64,000 nt of DNA from an uncultured Pseudomonadales bacterium. Lineage in GTDB: Bacteria > Patescibacteriota > Microgenomatia > UBA1400 > MFAQ01. The notes beneath the pieces were generated by a model. The model had not been told where the DNA came from and did not search any database. It saw only the letters and a program-made list of their open reading frames with translations. Every line of letters starts with the position of its first letter. The stretch's first letter is position 1. The stretch spans positions 19,689-83,688 of the forward strand of contig CAZMCB010000001.1 in assembly GCA_964564895.1 (NCBI GenBank), read 5' to 3'. Position numbers and translations under genes: made by a program. Positions 49,515 through 58,697 of the stretch are shown here, one piece after another.

Positions 49515-49783
49515 TGATTAATTATAGTGTATATCAAAGCTGACCAATCTTTCCATCTCAATATATTTCCTTGTACTGTTCATCTACACATTTCTCACTA
49601 ATGCATTGGTCGCTGTAGTCTTCTTTCTCATACTACGTGGTCTCAATCTAGGCAGTTGTCAAGCATGCCTATTTCGCCACTCTTTATAAGAATTCGAAAG
49701 AATCCTACGACGCGCATGCGATGCAACTCGTTTGAAATGGTAGATTTCACAGTTTTATGCGGAAATATATTGGATTCTACGGA

Positions 49784-50701
49784 CTATTTAGTCAGCTTGC
49801 GGCGGAGCTTGAGGAGGAAGCGTTTGGCTTTGGAGGGCTGGTCTTGGATGAGGACGGTGAGATACCAGTACTGAAGCTCTTTGAATTTTTCTAGGAAAAG
49901 CTTTTGCCAGATGGGAGTGAGGTAGCCGGGGCGTTTTGGTTCGTGACCTTCGGCCTGCCAGACCTTGAGATAGACAAGCATGATCGAAAACATCTGCAAG
50001 AAAGCCAAGACTAGTCCGTGCAAGCCATCCTTGTAGCCATCGCCAGCAAAGAAGCGACTGATAAATTCACTGATTGGTTTGCCAATAAGATCCTTAACGT
50101 CGAATTTGTAGCCAGAGTTTTGCAACTCTTTGGCTTGCTGAGTGGAGTAGCGAAGAGCTCTCTCAAAATACTCGTCTATAGAGTTGTAATGAAAATGCTC
50201 GATGGCTAAAGATTCCTCAGCTTCTAAATTGATACCGGTTCCTGAAGTGATTGGAATTGAGTGAATTTCATTTTGCCATTCTACGGCTCCTTTTTTGAAA
50301 AATCTGATGTTGTAATCTGGCCACCAACGAGAATGCTCGGTCCATTGACCAAAGATAATATTTTTTCTTGGTACCCTTACAAAATCTACTTTATCTTCTT
50401 CGGTAATTTCGATAAGTTTTTTGGCTAGAGACTTGGGAATTCGCTCGTCGGCGTCAAGTATTAGTACCCAGTTACCAACGGCTTTACTGATAGCAAAGTT
50501 TCTTGCTGGCTCGACGTAACCAACCATTTTATGGTCGTAGATTTTATCAGTGTATTTTTTGGCGATATTGACGGTGTCATCAGCAGATTCCATATCAACA
50601 ACGATTATTTCATCAGCGAACTGGAGTGACTCGAGACAAGCAGCAATATTTTTTTCTTCGTTTCTGGTGTTTATTACTGCTGAGATATTTATTTTGGACA
50701 T
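49784..50701 (-). CDS. GT2 family glycosyltransferase
   Basis: ISAVINTRNEEKNIAACLESL...IIVVDMESADDT and LDADE are GT-A motifs. Confidence 0.75.
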   Translation of the reverse strand: MSKINISAVINTRNEEKNIAACLESLQFADEIIVVDMESADDTVNIAKKYTDKIYDHKMVGYVEPARNFAISKAVGNWVLILDADERIPKSLAKKLIEITEEDKVDFVRVPRKNIIFGQWTEHSRWWPDYNIRFFKKGAVEWQNEIHSIPITSGTGINLEAEESLAIEHFHYNSIDEYFERALRYSTQQAKELQNSGYKFDVKDLIGKPISEFISRFFAGDGYKDGLHGLVLAFLQMFSIMLVYLKVWQAEGHEPKRPGYLTPIWQKLFLEKFKELQYWYLTVLIQDQPSKAKRFLLKLRRKLTK

Positions 50702-50702
50702 A

Positions 50703-53700
50703 TTAAAGAGTTTTGTAGATATTAATTTCGGCTGATTCGAAAATTCTGACCATAGGCATAGAACACGGACTGAGTCTCATTAGATTGAGAGGTGTCTCGT
50801 ATATATATTTTATTTCATTTTTTGCAAGAAAGTTTTTTGCCCAGTCTAGATCAGTCGTGTTATAGAAACGCTGGATATCTTTTGCCCTTTGCTGATAGTT
50901 GTAACCAGTGATATCAAGGTTTATGGTATCGGAAAGGAACTCTGGCTGGCCAGAGAGAGCAGAGATGTAAGCTGTGGAGTTGTAAGCATATAGTGGTTTG
51001 GGGGGAAGAATATGACCAGCTAATTGATTGTCAAAGTATGGGGCCAAGACAACTCCTTTTGGTTGAGTCTTTAAAAATTCTAGAGCACGAAGCTCGGTGT
51101 AACTCACCCTTGAGGATGGCTTGAAACTAGTGTGTTCTCCGATTGAACCAATGGTGGTTAAAAGCGTACAAAGAACTAACAATACAATCATCAATATTTT
51201 GACAAAACGAGAATGTATTTTATTTATATAAAACATTACTCCCCTGCCGGCAAAGAGACCAAAAACAAATAACGAGTAATACATAAACTGAATACTGTTC
51301 CAAGGATTGTACTTTTGGGTAAGAATCATAGGGATTAAAATGCCAACTAGAGAGATAGCTATAAGTATTCTCTGAGAGAGGAAAGAGTTTTTGCCTTTTA
51401 TTATTTGCCAAACTCCAAAGAGACGAGTGCCAATATTGCCAATGAGGAAAACTATTACTCCGAGAAGATTAACTATTAATAATTTTATGGTTGATCCCGT
51501 GGCTTCATAAGCTTGCCAAGCATTGGCGACCTTTTCAAAGTTTAATCTGTCGCTTGAAGCAAACATGCTCTTGATAAACCAGAAGGGAGAAAATTCAAAT
51601 GGGAAACCAGCAGATGAGCTAAAAGGTAACGTAATGAGAACCCCTAACAATCCGATTAATATAAGGAACAACCATTGACCAGTTAACAAAAGACCGGCAG
51701 AGAGAAGGATGAATGCATAAACCTTTGTCTGCGCCAGAAGACCTCCAAAAAACACAATTCCAGCAAACTTTAGAGTGCTTTTCTTCTCAAAGTATTTTTC
51801 AAGAAGGAAAAGAGTGACAAGCAAAAAGAGAACTGAGAGAGCATACGGTGGATTAAGGAAAATGGAAAAAGATTGATTTGCCCAGAAGGCAGATTCACCA
51901 CCAAAAATGCTATTTCCGGAAAGAAGTGATGGAAGGAATCCGAGAGATCCCGCAAGGTAGACAAATAATAAGGAAATTATTATTTCTATCTCTTTGAACT
52001 TCCATAGTCTTAGGAGCTTGATGATGAAAAAAGTAAGGAGAATGGCTATCACTAGAGGCAAAAAGAAAAAGAATATTTGAGATGATGGAATATGTGTAAA
52101 TCGAACCAAAAGACCGGCAAAATAATCAAAAACAAAATGATAATTCCCCAACTTCTCCCCTGCCAACTGAGGGTGAGATAAAGATAGAGGATTTTCGGCT
52201 ATCTTTTCGATGAGTGAGAGGTGAAAGACTGCATCATGAGAGTTTGAACCCCAGTAACCCAGTCCAAAGGGGTAAAGCTTGCTATCTTTGTAGACTGCAA
52301 TTAAGGGAATTAGTGAAATTAGTGATCCAATTCCAAAAGTTTTGTTTATCAAAAAACAAAAAATTATGACAAGTAAAACAATTGTAATTTGAAAAATCGG
52401 TTTTGAAAATAGAGATGTAAAAGGAGTCTTTGGGGCAACAGTCCAAGCCACCTCGTTTTTCTTTGTTGTTTCTTTAATGTTTTTAAAGTCTGTGTGCGGT
52501 ACAGCAATATTTGAGAAAGTTATCGTTTTTGGAGTAAGGGCTATTTTTTTGTCTCCATTTACTAAGGCGATATTCCAAATATCACTTTTTTCATCATAAA
52601 GAGTCTCGTACTTTTCTAAATCAATGTTTAAAGCGAGAGCGGTTTCTGGATTTTTGACCGAGTCAATCTCGGCTGGAATTTCGGCGGAAATTCCGTAGTA
52701 TTGATTTGGAGTGGCAATATAGTCTTCGTAAATTTCACGATTGTATACTCTGAAGTCAATTATCTTTGTTTGGCCATTTTGAGCCTTTAGGCCTAAGCGA
52801 TAAAAGGGGGTTTGGTACCATATCACTTCACCAGGTTCGTTACTTGTGGGGTCTGCGGTGCGGTAAAAATACACTGGGCTGCTTTCCGGATATAGAGATT
52901 TCATCCAGTCACCAAAATATTCTAAGCTTACAAAACGAATATTATATTTTTCCTGATTGGCTTTTATGGTGGAGTAAATATGTCTTATTTCTGGAAGATA
53001 ATCTCCGGTAAGAACATCATTTTCTAGACCGATATTGATATATGTAAATTTATTTAGATCTTTTTGAGTGTAAAGCGCGAAAACATGATCAAAAAAACTC
53101 GATGATTGGCCAACCATTTGATACTCATTTGGCTGTATCGAATAAAGGGAAGTCCTTTCGGGATTAATTATATTGAAAAGATCTCGTTGGGCGAAACGCA
53201 CAACTGGAATATTGACTCGATTTTTGAAACTCTCGGCTGGAATAAGTGAGTTATTTTTGTCTGGGAAATATGGACTTCCGATATAGCCTCCCCAAAGTCT
53301 TGTACCTCTCATCTGATATTGATCATCAAGAATCATAGCAGTCTGAACAGAGTATTTAGTTTTTAGATAATCGAGAGAAAAACTATCAAGATGCCAAGCC
53401 CCGACAGTGCGAGGGAAGAAACCAAAACGCTCCTTAAACGAGCTCATAAAAGCATCAATGATAAGAAGTCTTTGATCTGGTGTGTATCCTGAAAGGAAGG
53501 TTTCATTAATACCGCCTCCTGAATAAATATTCACCTTTTGGGTTAGCTTGGGAGTAACTTCGAGCAAGCCCCCTAGTGAAACTAACTTATCTGGACCAAT
53601 TAGTTCGCTGAAAAAAGCAGAAATTGTGGCGTCATTTACAGCATCAAAACGAAGTAGCCATGTGGATGGTAAACCAGAATGAGAGGACTCTTCATATAAT

Positions 53701-53864
53701 TTAATTGGAATATCTAAAGGTTTTTGAGTTTTACTTAGCCATCCTTCGGATCCCCTGACAGGATTAGTAAGGGTGACGAAAGTAGGACCGGTATATGCCA
53801 GAGACTTAATTGGAAAAATAAAAAAGAAAAATATTGATAGAAATAAAAATAGCTTCTTAATCAT
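50703..53864 (-). CDS. Giant fusion protein: signal peptide, ~480-aa extracytoplasmic domain (possible carbohydrate-active/esterase-like fold), then a ~570-aa polytopic GT-C-like membrane domain
   Basis: 1053 aa. The N-terminus MIKKLFLFLSIFFFFIFPIKSLA is a signal peptide. A hydrophilic stretch runs to about residue 490, followed by about 14 TM helices and a ~150-aa C-terminal tail. Confidence 0.5.
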   Translation of the reverse strand: MIKKLFLFLSIFFFFIFPIKSLAYTGPTFVTLTNPVRGSEGWLSKTQKPLDIPIKLYEESSHSGLPSTWLLRFDAVNDATISAFFSELIGPDKLVSLGGLLEVTPKLTQKVNIYSGGGINETFLSGYTPDQRLLIIDAFMSSFKERFGFFPRTVGAWHLDSFSLDYLKTKYSVQTAMILDDQYQMRGTRLWGGYIGSPYFPDKNNSLIPAESFKNRVNIPVVRFAQRDLFNIINPERTSLYSIQPNEYQMVGQSSSFFDHVFALYTQKDLNKFTYINIGLENDVLTGDYLPEIRHIYSTIKANQEKYNIRFVSLEYFGDWMKSLYPESSPVYFYRTADPTSNEPGEVIWYQTPFYRLGLKAQNGQTKIIDFRVYNREIYEDYIATPNQYYGISAEIPAEIDSVKNPETALALNIDLEKYETLYDEKSDIWNIALVNGDKKIALTPKTITFSNIAVPHTDFKNIKETTKKNEVAWTVAPKTPFTSLFSKPIFQITIVLLVIIFCFLINKTFGIGSLISLIPLIAVYKDSKLYPFGLGYWGSNSHDAVFHLSLIEKIAENPLSLSHPQLAGEKLGNYHFVFDYFAGLLVRFTHIPSSQIFFFFLPLVIAILLTFFIIKLLRLWKFKEIEIIISLLFVYLAGSLGFLPSLLSGNSIFGGESAFWANQSFSIFLNPPYALSVLFLLVTLFLLEKYFEKKSTLKFAGIVFFGGLLAQTKVYAFILLSAGLLLTGQWLFLILIGLLGVLITLPFSSSAGFPFEFSPFWFIKSMFASSDRLNFEKVANAWQAYEATGSTIKLLIVNLLGVIVFLIGNIGTRLFGVWQIIKGKNSFLSQRILIAISLVGILIPMILTQKYNPWNSIQFMYYSLFVFGLFAGRGVMFYINKIHSRFVKILMIVLLVLCTLLTTIGSIGEHTSFKPSSRVSYTELRALEFLKTQPKGVVLAPYFDNQLAGHILPPKPLYAYNSTAYISALSGQPEFLSDTINLDITGYNYQQRAKDIQRFYNTTDLDWAKNFLAKNEIKYIYETPLNLMRLSPCSMPMVRIFESAEINIYKTL

Positions 53865-55368
53865 GTTTTAGTCGAAAGTAACTGAGAGTATCTTTGATAA
53901 AAGATTTTCCCTCAACTAGAATAATTGTTCCAAAATAGACACTAGCTGAAATTAAACCAATAATTATTAGTCGAGTGAAAGAGTTTCCGTATTGAATCGT
54001 AAATACTAAAAATGAAGACATCAAAAATGTTGCTGCCAATGGAGTTTTTAGAATGTTTAATAAATTGAAGTGAACATATTTTCTTGCCAAAAGAATGGTC
54101 ACGAAAGAAGAAGTGGCAATGATAGCGACTGCATATGAAACTCCAAGGTACCCAAATTTAAGAGATAAGAATGGCATGGTAAGCCATGTAAGACCGGTCC
54201 ACATAAGCATTAGTTTGAAGGTGGACTTGATGTGACCTGTTGCGTTTAAAAGGTTGGTGAGACTAGTGGAAATACTCGCCCAAGCGGAGTTGTATAGATA
54301 AATATACAAAGGAATTAAAGCGGGAAGCCATTTGGCATATTTAGGAATCAGGTTTACTAGAGGTAAGGCAAAAAATCCCATACCAACCAAAATTGGGAAG
54401 GCAGCCAGACACATGTATTTCAGGCTGACCTCTACGGCTCTTGCGAGTCTATCTTTATCATGTTGGAGTCTTGCGAAAGTTGGGAAACTAACTTTTGTGA
54501 GGTTGTCCATGACAATTCTTAATGGGAGACCAGCCCAACGACTTGCCCAGCCGATATAACCCAGACCTGTTGTTCCGATTATCCTTGTAAGAATAATCGT
54601 CATGCCGTCGTCTTTTAGTACAGCAAGGAATGTATTGGCTTGATATGGAAGACCAAAACGAAGGAGAGATTTTAATGATTCTTTGTAGATACCAATTACT
54701 GGCTTCCAAGGATAGACAATATACATCGTGATAAGTCCAACGAAACCTCTAGCTAGGACGGCAAAAGAAAAGGAGGATACGCCGAAACCTTTCCAAGCAA
54801 AATATACGGCTACTACATTGAAAGCTAAGGTTTCAAGTATCTGAGGAAGAATTAGTTTATTAAACTTGATTTCTCTCTCGAGCATGATTGAAGGAATTGT
54901 TTTGAGCGAACTAAGGAAAAGTGAAATACCCATGGCATAGAGAAGATACATACCTGACTGGTCAATGTTGTATTGGGTACGGATTAAAGATCTTAGTAAA
55001 AACAAAACCAAAAGAAGTAAAAATACTAAAATTTGCTGAATGGTGAAAGTAGTTGCCAAGTCTTTTTTGGTGATGGCTTCCTTTTTTTGAATAAGGGCTG
55101 CAGCAAGACCAATATCTGAGAAATATGCCAAGAAATTTACAACTGAAGAAACTAGATAAAATATTCCGTATATATTTGGATCAAGAAAGATTGTGAGGGC
55201 GAGCGTTGCAAGAAAAGTTATTATCTGAACAATAAAGGTTCTAGATATTAGAGCCAAAACACCAGACACGGATCGACGTTTTATTTCGTTTACCTCCATA
55301 GAGACTCCTGGTTCAGCGACGTTTTCCACGAATTTGAAGTTTTGATTGTTTGATAATAAGGAAGACAA
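53857..55368 (-). CDS. Wzx-like flippase / polysaccharide biosynthesis protein (MOP superfamily)
   Basis: RRSVSGVLALISRTFIVQIITFLATLALTIFLDPNIYGIFYLVSSVVNFLAYFSDIGLAAALIQKK is a canonical Wzx N-terminal block. About 12-14 TM helices. The alternative start at 55299 (MEVNEIKRR) avoids overlap with the upstream gene. Confidence 0.65.
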   Translation of the reverse strand: MSSLLSNNQNFKFVENVAEPGVSMEVNEIKRRSVSGVLALISRTFIVQIITFLATLALTIFLDPNIYGIFYLVSSVVNFLAYFSDIGLAAALIQKKEAITKKDLATTFTIQQILVFLLLLVLFLLRSLIRTQYNIDQSGMYLLYAMGISLFLSSLKTIPSIMLEREIKFNKLILPQILETLAFNVVAVYFAWKGFGVSSFSFAVLARGFVGLITMYIVYPWKPVIGIYKESLKSLLRFGLPYQANTFLAVLKDDGMTIILTRIIGTTGLGYIGWASRWAGLPLRIVMDNLTKVSFPTFARLQHDKDRLARAVEVSLKYMCLAAFPILVGMGFFALPLVNLIPKYAKWLPALIPLYIYLYNSAWASISTSLTNLLNATGHIKSTFKLMLMWTGLTWLTMPFLSLKFGYLGVSYAVAIIATSSFVTILLARKYVHFNLLNILKTPLAATFLMSSFLVFTIQYGNSFTRLIIIGLISASVYFGTIILVEGKSFIKDTLSYFRLKHD

Positions 55369-57019
55369 TAGAAATCCAAGCTACTAATGAAATTATATTG
55401 GATATTCGACGAACGGGAGTGTCTAGGTATTTAATGGTAAGGAAGTGGTCCCCTGCTGGGACAAAGACTTTCATAGCACCGTACTGATCGAGAATTACGT
55501 CAACTGGCTTGTTGTCTATAGAAATATCCCAGCCCGGATAATAGAAGACATTTATATTGATGAAGCTATCGATGTCTGAGCTTATGCTTGCTTTGGTGTT
55601 GAAAGGATTGGAATCAGTGATGTTTATTTGTGCAGCTTGAAGAATCGATGTCACTCTGGCGCTGGGAACATCTGTGGGTCTTGTTGCATTAACTGGCAGG
55701 GGCATGTAGTTTTCGGTGTAATCAAGATATTCCGAGGAGACTTTTTCACCTGATTGAAGGACCTGATTAGGTAAGTATCTTCTTAAGAAATAATTATCGG
55801 GAGTGGCGGTAATTTCTCCTGGGCGAAAGTAGGCGACGGTAAGAGAAAATGAGGCAATTATTATTATCGAAGAAAAAATTGCTAAAAGTTTTCCGGAAAT
55901 ATTTTTTATGAAAAATACAAAGAGAACGGCTGAGAGAATAGTGGTAATAGAAAGTAATCTCCAAGGGAACTGTATGGCGTTGGTAAAGGGAAAAATATTC
56001 CAGATAAATGAGGACCTGATATTCATCATAAAAATAACAAAGAAGGTGGCGAGGATTGTGGCTATCAAGTATCCTTTTTCTGCTTTTTTATTTCTTACAG
56101 ACTTAATGATTAATAAAACAATAGCTGCAAGAAGTACGACCAAATTTACTATGCCAATTTGGAAAGACATATCATCATATGGTCCCCAGTTTGAAGCTCC
56201 ATAACCCCATGGTGAGTATATTAGTTGCCAGATAAAGGGGAAATGATCGTAAAGATTGAAAGGAAGAACTTCTTTGATAAAACCTTTTTCAGCAAAAACT
56301 GGAATCAAATAATATGAGGTGAGGAGAAAGGATGAAAAAAGACCAGCAAAAACACTTAATATAAATTTGTAATTTCTACGAAGAAGCTCGACCAAGAAAT
56401 AAATGCCAACTAATATTGGTAGCCCAAAAGCGGTAGACGGTTGATGGGAAAGGATAAGTAAAGAAACTGAAATGCCTAAAAGTAGGATATTTTTTAGATT
56501 TTGTTTTTCTTTTAGCCTAGCTAGACTGTATAAAATCCAAGGGAAAATGGCTAAAGCAAAGGACTCTCCGATTGTGCCTCTGACATAAACATCAATCGCT
56601 CTATAAGGGGTATAGGTGTAAAGAACGGCAGCGGCTAAAGAGGCAAAAGAAGTGGTGTATTTTTTGGCAAAAAGATACATACCAAATGCGCCAATGAAAA
56701 GAGATAAGGCTAAAGTAAGAGTGTAAGAATAAAAAAGTGAAAAGCCGACCTTATTAAATAGGTATCCTATGTAATATGGAAGCTGATAATTGAACTCTGG
56801 ATATGGAGAGCCATAAGTAAAATGAACATCCAAAGCCCAACGTGGAGGAAACTGGCCCAGATCAATGGTTTGGATATACTGATGGAGATTTACTATCTGA
56901 GATTCATCGTGGAAAGTAAAACTAAAAGGAGTAACTAGCTTGATGGCAGCCGGAATAATTGCCAGAATCAAAAGAATGGGAATAATTTTGGATAGTTTAT
57001 CGAGTATTTTTTTTATCAT
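55313..57019 (-). CDS. Polytopic membrane protein, HDD...PxRW...GYGxPxFNYY...PYY family (paralog A), putative GT-C
   Basis: FTFHDESQIVNL...FPPRWALDVHFTYGSPYPEFNYQLPYYIGYLFN. 568 aa with a C-terminal soluble domain. Confidence 0.5.
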   Translation of the reverse strand: MIKKILDKLSKIIPILLILAIIPAAIKLVTPFSFTFHDESQIVNLHQYIQTIDLGQFPPRWALDVHFTYGSPYPEFNYQLPYYIGYLFNKVGFSLFYSYTLTLALSLFIGAFGMYLFAKKYTTSFASLAAAVLYTYTPYRAIDVYVRGTIGESFALAIFPWILYSLARLKEKQNLKNILLLGISVSLLILSHQPSTAFGLPILVGIYFLVELLRRNYKFILSVFAGLFSSFLLTSYYLIPVFAEKGFIKEVLPFNLYDHFPFIWQLIYSPWGYGASNWGPYDDMSFQIGIVNLVVLLAAIVLLIIKSVRNKKAEKGYLIATILATFFVIFMMNIRSSFIWNIFPFTNAIQFPWRLLSITTILSAVLFVFFIKNISGKLLAIFSSIIIIASFSLTVAYFRPGEITATPDNYFLRRYLPNQVLQSGEKVSSEYLDYTENYMPLPVNATRPTDVPSARVTSILQAAQINITDSNPFNTKASISSDIDSFININVFYYPGWDISIDNKPVDVILDQYGAMKVFVPAGDHFLTIKYLDTPVRRISNIISLVAWISIVFLIIKQSKLQIRGKRR

Positions 57020-58697
57020 GTGGAGCTACGGCAATAACTAAACTCAATAATAACGAAATAAAAGTAATGATGTTTGCTACTTCTCTCGTGCGGGTATTTT
57101 CAAAGTACCCTTGGACTAGTGTAATACCTTTATCAAAAGTAAGTGTGATTTCTCCATGGTCTTCCCCAATCTGATATACCGTGGGTGTAACACTGCTGTT
57201 TAAATACACTTTCCAGTCTGGAAAGGCTGAGATGGGGAATGAAACCGTTGCCTGACCAAAAGAAACATCTACGTCTGCTGAAAAATAAGCTGATCTTTTC
57301 TGGAAATTTTTTACTTCTGCTAATCCGGAAAGTACTACTGGATTGCTTGGAGCTATCTTTTCGGGAACGGAGACCATAGATAAAGGACGATAATCAAAGA
57401 AGGCAGATTTTTGGCTTTGTTCGAACACTTTTCCTGATAGATAAGTTTCGTCTGTAGCACTTGGACTAGACTTATCAAACTTGAAGAAACGAAAATTTAG
57501 AAATAACAAAGCAAAAACGAGAAGTAGGGTGAGTAGTTTTTGAGTTTTTTGTCCGAATGAGCTAATAAAAATGGCCAAAACTACAGCGGAGCTAAGCGCA
57601 ACTAAGCCTAAAAATCTCCAAGGGAACTGGACGAAAGATAGAGGTGCAATTAGCTCCCAAATAGCGATAGATCTTATGGTTGTGAGGAAAATAGCAAAAA
57701 GGGCAAAACAAAAAAATGTAATTAAGAGAATTTTGGAGGTTTTTGAAAGTGACTTTCTTTTGATAAATAAAAATATCGGTGTAACGACTAAAGCTAACGT
57801 CTGAACTATACCAACAGCAAAAGAGATCTTGTCGTTTGGACCAAACTCACTGGCACGATATCCCCAACTTTGTTTGATAAACAGTTGAGATAGAGTAGCA
57901 AAATGAGCTCGAAAATCAAAATAACCACTAGTAAGGAATCCGGTATCTACCAAGTTATTTTCGAAAATTACTGGTAGTAAGAAAAATGAGGCAATACCTA
58001 AACCAAGCACAGCAGAACTAAAAAGTAGTGAAAAAGATTTGATTTTTTGTTTGTTTATAAAAATCATGATGATGGCAAATACGGCGATGAAGGGGGAAGA
58101 AATTAAAGTGGTGATGTTGTGAGTACTAAGGAAAAGACCTAGGATTAGCGAGAGAAAAGCAAGATTAATTTTGGTTTTGTTGATAATTAATTTTGTGATT
58201 CCGAATAGAACTAACGGCAATAGTGCCAGAGCGAAATTTTCGGCGAGAGCTCCCCTTACAAAAATTTCAAGAGCACGAAAAGGAACCAAAATATAGGCAA
58301 CCCCTCCAATGAAGCTTGGCAGAATTGGAACAAACTGTGAAAGGAATATAAACATGGCGATTCCAGCAAGAGCTATCGAAATAAACATGACTATTTTGAC
58401 TGAATCAATTAGAGAAAAACCAAGATTGTTAAAAATTGCACCGACGTAATATGGAGTGGCAGAGTAATAGTTAAACATGGGTTGACCGTATCCATAACTC
58501 ATGTCTGGGGACCAACGACAAGGAATTTGACCATCATTTAGGCAACGTTTCATTTCGTAAAGTCGCATAACTTGTAAGTCGTCGTGCATAGAGAAAAAGC
58601 CTGGTTTGAAAATATTCCAAGAAACTAAAACGGAAATTAATAGCAGGCCGATGATGGCAATTAACTTTTTATTCATGTTTTCTTTTGAAGATGGCAT
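56997..58697 (-). CDS. Polytopic membrane protein, same family (paralog B)
   Basis: FFSMHDDLQVMRLYEMKRCLNDGQIPCRWSPDMSYGYGQPMFNYYSATPYYVGAIFN. Confidence 0.5.
   Translation of the reverse strand: MPSSKENMNKKLIAIIGLLLISVLVSWNIFKPGFFSMHDDLQVMRLYEMKRCLNDGQIPCRWSPDMSYGYGQPMFNYYSATPYYVGAIFNNLGFSLIDSVKIVMFISIALAGIAMFIFLSQFVPILPSFIGGVAYILVPFRALEIFVRGALAENFALALLPLVLFGITKLIINKTKINLAFLSLILGLFLSTHNITTLISSPFIAVFAIIMIFINKQKIKSFSLLFSSAVLGLGIASFFLLPVIFENNLVDTGFLTSGYFDFRAHFATLSQLFIKQSWGYRASEFGPNDKISFAVGIVQTLALVVTPIFLFIKRKSLSKTSKILLITFFCFALFAIFLTTIRSIAIWELIAPLSFVQFPWRFLGLVALSSAVVLAIFISSFGQKTQKLLTLLLVFALLFLNFRFFKFDKSSPSATDETYLSGKVFEQSQKSAFFDYRPLSMVSVPEKIAPSNPVVLSGLAEVKNFQKRSAYFSADVDVSFGQATVSFPISAFPDWKVYLNSSVTPTVYQIGEDHGEITLTFDKGITLVQGYFENTRTREVANIITFISLLLSLVIAVAPHDKKNTR

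Noticed and set aside
53857-55368. A 56-nt overlap between the flippase start and the upstream membrane gene might be a programmed frameshift or fusion
   Set aside because: An in-frame alternative start (MEVNEIKRR at 55299) removes the overlap and fits Wzx N-termini. There is no slippery-sequence evidence.
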